Assembly (NCBI GenBank): GCA_040830145.1
Contig: JBFOLQ010000318.1
Coordinates: 1 to 25,629, forward strand
Length of the DNA: 25,629 bases
Direction: 5' to 3'
Source: Flavobacteriaceae bacterium
GTDB lineage: Bacteria > Bacteroidota > Bacteroidia > Flavobacteriales > Flavobacteriaceae
The position numbers and the translations under genes were made by a program. Below, piece after piece: positions 1 through 6,712 of this stretch. A model generated the notes under the pieces. That model made no database searches and had not been told where the DNA came from. It saw only the letters and a list, made by a program, of their open reading frames with translations. Each line of letters opens with the position of its first letter. Within the stretch, counting starts at the first letter, position 1.

Positions 1-20
1 GTAGCGAGAGGGAGACTCGA
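1..20 (-). mobile_element. att-like site: displaced 3' fragment of a tRNA (T-loop to acceptor stem) marking the prophage left end
   Basis: The minus strand reads TCGAGT-CTCCC-TCTCGCT-A-C, i.e. T-loop remnant, 3' T-stem, 3' acceptor strand, discriminator A and C74. Similarity stops abruptly at base 21, where the 5' T-stem is missing. It resembles Bacteroidota tRNA-Met 3' ends, but the isotype cannot be read from this fragment. Confidence 0.75.
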
Positions 21-346
21 TAGACGAATTTCCATTTTCTTAAAAAAATGATAATCAGTTGTTTATGTTTTTCTATTTCTATATTTTTCAATTCATTTTG
101 CGAGAATTTAACACGCGTTTTAGGTCAAAAAAAACGGCAATATAAATGCCGAATACCTTGGCTTACAGTAGCTTTTAATTAAAAACCTTAAAAAAAATAA
201 GGTTTTCATATAGTGAGGATTCAAAAAAAAATTACTTTTTTTGTCACCTCCTCCTGTAGATAAAAACTTGATAACTTGTGCGGACTTTCCCCGACAGGCC
301 GCCGTACCCTTTTTAATTTCATACTGTTAACTTTAAATATAGCAGT

Positions 347-508
347 ATGAAAAAAGTGTTTATTGGCCTTTTGGCCATCGCGGCATTGAGTTTGGGATCC
401 TGTAGCAAGGATGATGATGATCAAACAGAACTTTACCAAATCGACAAAGGTGACCCACCCCCAAAAAACGGTATTGAAAAAGGCACGCCTCCGCCCCCTA
501 ACGGGTAG
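347..508 (+). CDS. Small lipoprotein/peptide precursor, 53 aa, not in the ORF track: MKKVFIGLLAIAALSLGSCSKDDDDQTELYQIDKGDPPPKNGIEKGTPPPPNG
   Basis: Translated by hand from ATG347 to TAG508. It has a basic N-terminus, a hydrophobic core, lipobox LGSC, an acidic linker and two tandem 11-aa C-terminal repeats. Confidence 0.88.
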   Translation: MKKVFIGLLAIAALSLGSCSKDDDDQTELYQIDKGDPPPKNGIEKGTPPPPNG

Positions 509-983
509 ACGCTCACACTTCTTGGCAGGGGTGGTCTCGTGCGTCTTACTATTGGCCACCCCTTTCATTTTTTATTCGTACAGGTTAATTCCAGAAACAC
601 TTACTGAAACCAGTATTCTGGGCCTTACCATTGAGGCTGGGGCACATGGAAACCTTAATTACTATGCCTACTACTTCATTACCAAGGTAGTGTTTGCGGT
701 GTGTTTTATAGTTTGGTTCCTAAATGCAAGGCAATGGTGGCGATGGGCCATCTTAGTACCCATTTGCATGCTCCTGTTCCAGATTATGGGAGTGGTGAAC
801 ACCTCAATTGACTATATTGATGAATTTGATTTCTGGTATTCCCTTCCTGTGGTGCTGCCTATTGCAGCCATATTGGTAGGTGTGGCACTACGCTTATATA
901 ATAAAGTCCGTTTTCTTGACATAAGGGAACGAGTAGATGCTGAAATCAACACAGTTAAAAAGGGCCAGGATGAAAACCAATAG
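411..983 (+). CDS. Four-TM membrane protein with a C-terminal helical tail (start uncertain: ATG411, TTG474, TTG522 or GTG531)
   Basis: Four hydrophobic segments (FLAGVV..FYSY, YAYYFITKV..FLNA, WWRWAILVPICMLLFQ, FWYSLPVVLPI..LY). The WW.WAILVPI.M..FQ motif recalls an uncharacterised Flavobacteriaceae membrane family (from memory). Confidence 0.8.
   Translation: MMMIKQNFTKSTKVTHPQKTVLKKARLRPLTGRRSHFLAGVVSCVLLLATPFIFYSYRLIPETLTETSILGLTIEAGAHGNLNYYAYYFITKVVFAVCFIVWFLNARQWWRWAILVPICMLLFQIMGVVNTSIDYIDEFDFWYSLPVVLPIAAILVGVALRLYNKVRFLDIRERVDAEINTVKKGQDENQ
440..505 (+). repeat. Two imperfect 33-bp tandem repeats encoding IDKGDPPPKNG / IEKGTPPPPNG
   Basis: 440-472 versus 473-505. Protein consensus I[DE]KGxPPPxNG is kept despite synonymous changes. 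Confidence 0.85.
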
Positions 984-1161
984 GTACATACACATAGTAC
1001 GTGAGTTCAAGGCGCTTAAGGCTCGAAAGGCTCAAATTTCAAGTGAACAATATTTGAAAGAACTTGAACTATTGAAACAGGATATAGATGCCCAGCTGAC
1101 TTCCCCGGCGTTAAATGCTAATGAAATTAAAAGTTTGCGGGGACTGTTGAAGGCAATTTAA
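970..1161 (+). CDS. Small helical/coiled-coil protein, 63 aa (MKTNRYIHIVREFKALK...)
   Basis: ATG970 overlaps the end of the membrane-protein gene. The protein is amphipathic and charged. The track start at 937 is probably over-extended. Confidence 0.6.
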   Translation: MKTNRYIHIVREFKALKARKAQISSEQYLKELELLKQDIDAQLTSPALNANEIKSLRGLLKAI

Positions 1162-1580
1162 TGCGTCCCGTTTTCTTTGGCCCGTATGGTGGCACGGGTC
1201 TTTTTTATCTCTTCATCTATTTGGTCGGCTATCAATTCTTTGATAACCTCTGTGATGTTCCCAAGCCGTGAGTCCAGGCCGTTACTGATTTTTTGATCTA
1301 TCAGGGCGTCAATGGTGTTTGATTTGCCATACGAGATGCTCTCTTCCATTAAAATGTCTGAGCTAGACTTTTTTCTTTCTCCTTTTCCTGTTAAAACCCA
1401 CTCAATGTTATACTGAGGGTAGTTTTCCAATATTCCCGCAATGACTTTTGAGGAAGGGTAGCTGTTCTGTTTAATAAGCTTGGTTATGTATCCACTTTTA
1501 ACTCCAAGACTTTCCTCAAAGCGCTTGTTATTGCCTCCAAGCTCTTCCACAATCTCCTGCATCCTATCTCCTATTCCCAT
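1158..1580 (-). CDS. CI-like XRE helix-turn-helix repressor without an S24 peptidase domain
   Basis: N-terminal HTH ending in the Bacteroidota XRE signature YPQYNIEWVLTGKG. Divergent from the early operon. C-terminal half helical, with no Ser/Lys autopeptidase motifs. Confidence 0.82.
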   Translation of the reverse strand: MGIGDRMQEIVEELGGNNKRFEESLGVKSGYITKLIKQNSYPSSKVIAGILENYPQYNIEWVLTGKGERKKSSSDILMEESISYGKSNTIDALIDQKISNGLDSRLGNITEVIKELIADQIDEEIKKTRATIRAKENGTH

Positions 1581-1617
1581 ATTAAATCACGTGTTAGTAA
1601 AAAAAATAACTAAATAC

Positions 1618-1648
1618 TTGCATTAATGACTTGGTAGTGATATTTTCG
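1618..1648 (+). promoter_or_regulatory. Rightward early promoter (Bacteroidota sigma-70 type)
   Basis: TTG(1618-20)-N20-TATTTTCG(1641-48), one mismatch to TAnnTTTG, upstream of the cro-like gene. Confidence 0.6.
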
Positions 1649-1715
1649 TATACAGATTTAAACAAAACCACACAAATATAACCCAAACAGGGGAAAAAAT
1701 GACTTTTAAGTCGAT

Positions 1716-2018
1716 ATGATTACTAAAGAAGAGATAAAAAATTATAAGGATATCATCGGGAAAAACTGGTCTCGCAAGATCTGTGACTTTTTAGACGAAA
1801 AAGGCTATCGCAGAGATTCCAATGAAAAGTACACTCCCCAAGACGTCATTAATTTTTTCAATGGCCGCTATTCCCTGCAAATGCATCTAAATGTGCTTAA
1901 GGCCGTGGAGTACTACAAGAATCTCAATGAGCAAATGCAAGAAGAGATTCAAAAAATGCACAAGAACTTATTTAAAAACAAAAAGCCCGAAGCGGCTACT
2001 TCGGGCGATAATCCATAA
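1716..2018 (+). CDS. Cro-like small DNA-binding protein (putative)
   Basis: First gene divergent from the repressor. Helical, basic, 100 aa. Assignment is positional. Confidence 0.55.
   Translation: MITKEEIKNYKDIIGKNWSRKICDFLDEKGYRRDSNEKYTPQDVINFFNGRYSLQMHLNVLKAVEYYKNLNEQMQEEIQKMHKNLFKNKKPEAATSGDNP
1985..2006 (-). terminator. Intrinsic terminator-like hairpin oriented for leftward transcription
   Basis: GCCCGAAG-cggcta-CTTCGGGC preceded by an A-tract, which is a U-tract on the minus strand. Confidence 0.55.
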
Positions 2019-2033
2019 CTAAAATCAGTAAGC

Positions 2034-2753
2034 ATGAATCATGACAACAAATTTAATGAAAAACCCCAGAGTCGGGAAATGACACAGGCTGAAAAAAACG
2101 TGATTTTAAAAAAATTACTTGAGGATCCAGTATGGTATTCACGGTTGAAAACCCATCCCTTTAGTTCCGCTATTTCGTTATATGCGGCCTATTTACACGG
2201 CCCTTTGGAATCTAACTTTAGGGATAATGCGGCCCGTGTTGATCAAACACTGACCAAAATAGAATCTCAACTGGGCGCCATTATAGATATGCCTACCTTA
2301 AACGAAACTGAAAGGGATGACCTTATTTCGGTTCTTTCCCATCAAAAGGAAAGACTTCAGCATTTACGCAGACTTTTTAGCAAGGATAAAACCCCCAACA
2401 CCATTTTTGGTTCTGTTGATAATGAACGGGAAGTGCGTGGTCGGTCCATAAAACTGGGTGAGGCCCTTGCGGTAACTGAAAAACTGGCTGATTACTATGA
2501 TGCCCTTAAAAATGGAACTCCACTTCCCCAACGTCCTGACAGGCGATTGCCCTACCTATTGCGATGCAACGCCATCACCCACTTGCACTACGAGACTGGC
2601 AACAGGTCCTTAAAAGGTATTAAGGTAAAGAATTGGGCATTGACAGAGGTGCAAGTGGTCTACGCCTGGTTGCATGCCCACCATAACAATACAGAGCGGC
2701 CCATTCTGACCTTAAATGGGGTGAGTCTGAATTTTAACATTTTACAACGATGA
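2034..2753 (+). CDS. Hypothetical early protein, 239 aa
   Basis: Long ORF in the operon, with an ATGA overlap to the next gene. No motif recognised. Confidence 0.75.
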   Translation: MNHDNKFNEKPQSREMTQAEKNVILKKLLEDPVWYSRLKTHPFSSAISLYAAYLHGPLESNFRDNAARVDQTLTKIESQLGAIIDMPTLNETERDDLISVLSHQKERLQHLRRLFSKDKTPNTIFGSVDNEREVRGRSIKLGEALAVTEKLADYYDALKNGTPLPQRPDRRLPYLLRCNAITHLHYETGNRSLKGIKVKNWALTEVQVVYAWLHAHHNNTERPILTLNGVSLNFNILQR

Positions 2754-2911
2754 TTTTATTTCTACAGCGACTTCTGGCGGTGTGCATCTTCTTCTGCATT
2801 TTTCTTGGGATACCCATTGCCCTTGAATCCTGGTGGCACCTTCTATGGACCTGGTTAATGGCACTTGCCACCATGTACTACTTAGATCAACATATCAAAC
2901 CATCAAATTGA
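2750..2911 (+). CDS. Small two-TM membrane protein, 53 aa, not in the track (MILFLQRLLAVCIFFCIFLGIPIALESWWHLLWTWLMALATMYYLDQHIKPSN)
   Basis: Translated by hand. ATGA overlap with the upstream stop. Two hydrophobic helices. Confidence 0.65.
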   Translation: MILFLQRLLAVCIFFCIFLGIPIALESWWHLLWTWLMALATMYYLDQHIKPSN

Positions 2912-2935
2912 CATTAACTTCAAAATTCAGATACA

Positions 2936-3142
2936 ATGATTCAACAACAAAGAAAACCTCTTGTAAAGAAAGTTATGGAGACCTTTGGAAAGGTTACTGA
3001 AACGGATGATTCCCAAGCGGTGACCACCAAGGCCATCCTGGGCAACGAAGAAATTTCCAGACTAAACAAACTGGCAGTGGAAGAAGGGGCGACCATAGCT
3101 TTAAAACGAAGTGGTGCTGGGATAAATATTTCGGTACGGTAA
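2936..3142 (+). CDS. Hypothetical small protein, 68 aa
   Basis: ORF in operon orientation, AT-rich upstream region, followed by a hairpin. Confidence 0.7.
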   Translation: MIQQQRKPLVKKVMETFGKVTETDDSQAVTTKAILGNEEISRLNKLAVEEGATIALKRSGAGINISVR

Positions 3143-3148
3143 AAAAGC

Positions 3149-3168
3149 TCCCGGCCTTCGGGCCGGGA
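3149..3168. terminator. GC-rich hairpin with a TTCG loop (terminator-like; U-tract on the minus strand)
   Basis: TCCCGGCC-ttcg-GGCCGGGA preceded by AAAAAA. Confidence 0.55.
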
Positions 3169-3299
3169 CTTCCAAAAGGATGGTACGCAAGACCACTACA
3201 GAAGGCTATTACCTGTTAGGCAATACCTTCCTGATCAAGTTCAAACACCTTACTCCTACAAACAATTTCCTAATCATTTTAAACTGACCCAGGATACCT

Positions 3300-6200
3300 A
3301 TGCCTAGAATTCCCGATGATATCAAGGCCCAAATACTAGACAGGGCCAGCCTTCATAACGTATTGAAGGAATACCATGGTCTCCATAAAAAGAAAGGGGC
3401 AAGTTACGTGATGGACTGCCCCAAGTGTGGTGTTAAGGACAAGCTGGAGTATTCAGAGGCCAAGGAAATAGCCAAATGCTTTAAGTGCGATATTGGTGTA
3501 AAGACACCCGCCAACTACCTTCAGAAGTTCCAGGGGTTGACCTATGGACAATCCCTAGAGGAGTTAGCACGTATAGAGGGGGTGGTTATTCCCAAGGGAA
3601 AACTGAACGAAAAGCGCAAGGCTTCACACCAAGTACCATATATCCAGGATTTTTTGGGGGGTTCTGGGCTTAACACAGGTGATATCACCGGCCCAGTATA
3701 TGTAGATGAAGAAACACGAAAGGAGGTGCCATCCTACGTGTCAGGTACGGTGGATACGGCCTTTGAGATTGTCCCGGGTGACGATGTGATCATACATTAT
3801 TATGATTTGGATGGAAGGCCCATGCAATACTACCGGAAGGACAAAAAAGGCAACCCGGTAGGAAAAAAACGAAACTTCTATCGGGTACGGTACCAGAATC
3901 CGGAACTGCACAAGGACAAGAATGACAACCCCATAAAATATCGTTCCCCCTTCGGCAGTGATACCAAGATTTATATTAACAAGTGGATCCGGGAAAAATA
4001 CAAGAAGAGTAGTAAGATACAGACGCTGTATATCCAAGAAGGTGAAAAAAAAGCGGACAAGGCGACCAAGCACGGCCTTATCTCAGTGGGCATCATGGGC
4101 ATACACAACATTGCCTACCAAAAACGTTTGCCGGTAGAGTTTGAGGCCATCATTAAACGTTGTCAGGTTGAGAATGTGGTGTTTGTCCTGGATTCTGATT
4201 GGGACCAATTGGGAAACCGCATTGATAGTAACCACTCCGCAGACCAACGCCCCAAAAGTTTTTTTAGGGCCGTGGTGAATTTCCGTAACCACTTCTATGC
4301 CTTTACCAATAATGACATATACCTGAACATCTATTTTGGGTATGTAAAGCCCAACCCCGAAAAAGACAAGGGTATAGATGACCTTTTGGTCAACTCGCTC
4401 CGGAATAAGGAGACAGAGCTTAAGCCCCTTTGCGAGGCGGCCCTCAAAGAACCCAAGGGTGATGCCACCTGGTTGCAGTTTCACAACATAACTTCCATGA
4501 GCGAATATAAGATCATGGGGTTTTGGCATTTGGGGAATGTAGATGATTTTACGGCCCACTACCGTGAGCGGTTACGTACCCTGCCCAAATTTAGGTACGG
4601 TAGTATTGAATGGCGGTACAACGATAAGGGCGCCCGTGAGTTGGCACAGCCCTTGATGCCACAGGATACCTTTTGGAACGAGGATATCAGAAAAGATGAC
4701 CACGGCCGTATCATCAGTAAAAAATTAAGCTTTAACCATCACCGGTGCTACACTTTTTTAAGGAACCGCGGGTACTATCGCCTGGGCCAGCCCAACAATA
4801 GTTTTATCTGGATAAAGATTGAGGGAAACATCGTCACCCGGGTAGAGCCATATCAGATCAAGGACTTTGTCATTGATTTTACTGAGCAATTAAATAAGGA
4901 GGACGTGCTCAATATGCTCTACCGTGGGGGACGTATGTACTTAGGGCCAGAAAGCTTGGGAAACCTTCATTTTACAAACCTGGCACTCCATTCGGCCAGT
5001 AAGAACACCCAATACATCTATTTCAATAAAAATTTCTTTAAGATAACTGATGAGGGCATAGAGCTAGAGGAGATAAAGAACCTTAATGGCCAGGTGTGGC
5101 GCGACAACATTATTGACTTTTCACCCATAAAGACAGAACCGCTGTTGAGCGAGGTACATCAGATCAATGAAAATGATATCCGGGCCAATGAGAATCTGGC
5201 CAATTTTAAGGGGGAGTACTCTGTGGGTTTTTCTGAAAGTGGAAATCGCTGTCACTTTCTCAGCTTTTTGCTCAATACAAGCACCTTTTTTGGGAAGGAC
5301 AAGAGCTTTGAGGATGCCACTTTTGAAGAGCGCTTTGAGACTACCCGTCATTTACTGTCAAAACTTACCGCCTTTGGTTATATGTTGCACAGGTACCGTA
5401 ATGCAGCTGTTGAAAAGGCCGTTGTGGGCATGGATGGCACCATGAGTGAAGTGGGCAAAAGCAATGGTAGAAGCGGCAAAAGTCTTTTTGGTCTGGCTGT
5501 AGAGCAATTGATACCCACAGTGACCATTCCCGGGAAAAAGCGAAATCTGCTAGAGGACCAATTTTTGTTCCAGGAAGTGGACCAACGTACAGCTGCCATT
5601 TTCTTTGACGATGTACGTTCAAATTTTGATTTTGAGTTTTTGTTTCCCTACATCACCGGTAAGTTCACCTTGGAGAAAAAGGGAATGGGCAAAATGACCC
5701 TGCCCCGTGATTTTGTCCAAAAATTCTACATCAGCACAAACCATGCCCTACGTGGTGATGGGGGAAGCTTTGAGGACCGCCAGTTTATGCTGGGCTTCAG
5801 TAATTGGTACAATGCCAGGCACAAGCCCATTGATGACTTCAAGGTCATGTTTTTTGACGAATGGGACGAAACCCAATGGAACCTCTTCTATAATCTGGCA
5901 GCCCTATGCCTTCACCTGTACTTTAAACACGGCTTAATACCGGCGCCCAGTGAAAAGCTTATCAATCGTAAGCTGCGCCAGGAAATGGGCGAACAGTTTC
6001 TGGATTGGGCAGAGGAATATTTCAGCAACCCCCAGAACGTACAATGCCAGATTTATAAAGACACCATGTACCAAGCTACCCGCGGGGAACAGGATCACAT
6101 GCAGCATGGCGATGGTTTTGTGACCAAATACCCAGGGCAGCGAAGGTTTACCCCCATACAGATTTTTAAGACCAAAGTAAAGCTCTATTGCAAGTACAAG

Positions 6201-6338
6201 GGCTTTGACTTTAACCCCTCTAAGAACGGGGGCGATATCAAAAAGGGCGGCAAGGAATACCTGGCCGTTTTTATTCCGGAAGAAGACTATGAACAAATTA
6301 AGGCAGAGCTACCGGTTGAGGATGAGCTGCCCATTTAA
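3300..6338 (+). CDS. Phage DNA primase-helicase (Zn finger + TOPRIM + SF3-type P-loop helicase)
   Basis: CPKC..CFKC zinc finger, TOPRIM motifs IQEGEKKAD, DSDWD and KGIDD, Walker A SNGRSGKS and Walker B AIFFDDV. Confidence 0.9.
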   Translation: MPRIPDDIKAQILDRASLHNVLKEYHGLHKKKGASYVMDCPKCGVKDKLEYSEAKEIAKCFKCDIGVKTPANYLQKFQGLTYGQSLEELARIEGVVIPKGKLNEKRKASHQVPYIQDFLGGSGLNTGDITGPVYVDEETRKEVPSYVSGTVDTAFEIVPGDDVIIHYYDLDGRPMQYYRKDKKGNPVGKKRNFYRVRYQNPELHKDKNDNPIKYRSPFGSDTKIYINKWIREKYKKSSKIQTLYIQEGEKKADKATKHGLISVGIMGIHNIAYQKRLPVEFEAIIKRCQVENVVFVLDSDWDQLGNRIDSNHSADQRPKSFFRAVVNFRNHFYAFTNNDIYLNIYFGYVKPNPEKDKGIDDLLVNSLRNKETELKPLCEAALKEPKGDATWLQFHNITSMSEYKIMGFWHLGNVDDFTAHYRERLRTLPKFRYGSIEWRYNDKGARELAQPLMPQDTFWNEDIRKDDHGRIISKKLSFNHHRCYTFLRNRGYYRLGQPNNSFIWIKIEGNIVTRVEPYQIKDFVIDFTEQLNKEDVLNMLYRGGRMYLGPESLGNLHFTNLALHSASKNTQYIYFNKNFFKITDEGIELEEIKNLNGQVWRDNIIDFSPIKTEPLLSEVHQINENDIRANENLANFKGEYSVGFSESGNRCHFLSFLLNTSTFFGKDKSFEDATFEERFETTRHLLSKLTAFGYMLHRYRNAAVEKAVVGMDGTMSEVGKSNGRSGKSLFGLAVEQLIPTVTIPGKKRNLLEDQFLFQEVDQRTAAIFFDDVRSNFDFEFLFPYITGKFTLEKKGMGKMTLPRDFVQKFYISTNHALRGDGGSFEDRQFMLGFSNWYNARHKPIDDFKVMFFDEWDETQWNLFYNLAALCLHLYFKHGLIPAPSEKLINRKLRQEMGEQFLDWAEEYFSNPQNVQCQIYKDTMYQATRGEQDHMQHGDGFVTKYPGQRRFTPIQIFKTKVKLYCKYKGFDFNPSKNGGDIKKGGKEYLAVFIPEEDYEQIKAELPVEDELPI

Positions 6339-6347
6339 AACTTAAGC

Positions 6348-6497
6348 ATGGAAGAAGACTTCTTAGAGGCTGTTAGAGCGATGCGCAAGGCCCAGAACAG
6401 CTATTTCACCACTAGAAAACGAGGGGCTTTGATTAGGAGCAAACAATTGGAAAAAAAGGTTGATGCCATGATAGATGCGCATGACAAAACAAAATGA
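6348..6497 (+). CDS. Small phage protein, 49 aa, not in the track (MEEDFLEAVRAMRKAQNSYFTTRKRGALIRSKQLEKKVDAMIDAHDKTK)
   Basis: Translated by hand. ATGA overlap with 6494. The MR.AQ..YF.TR..SK.LEK.VD pattern is recalled from Bacteroidota phages. Confidence 0.75.
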   Translation: MEEDFLEAVRAMRKAQNSYFTTRKRGALIRSKQLEKKVDAMIDAHDKTK

Positions 6498-6712
6498 CCG
6501 CTAAAGATTTCTGCCTTCATCATGGGTTTACGGTGATTAGCGAGGAAGTTGATGGCCGGTTTTTGATCCATGTACGGGATGCCAACAGACGCATTTTTCC
6601 AAAAGGGGAACGTAGGGGCAAAATTAGAATTAGGCAAGAAAGGTTAGAGGACCATATCAAAAACGCGTATCAGCGAATGATGGACATGATTTTGGACAAA
6701 ATTTATAAATAG
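6494..6712 (+). CDS. Hypothetical protein, 72 aa
   Basis: Coupled ORF: overlaps the upstream gene and abuts the downstream GTG. Confidence 0.7.
   Translation: MTAKDFCLHHGFTVISEEVDGRFLIHVRDANRRIFPKGERRGKIRIRQERLEDHIKNAYQRMMDMILDKIYK

Noticed and set aside
221-568. 115-aa minus-strand ORF
   Set aside because: Shadow of the lipopeptide and membrane-protein genes, with no protein-like motif.
3180-3287. 35-codon ORF before the primase
   Set aside because: Too short, with no coupling or motif support.
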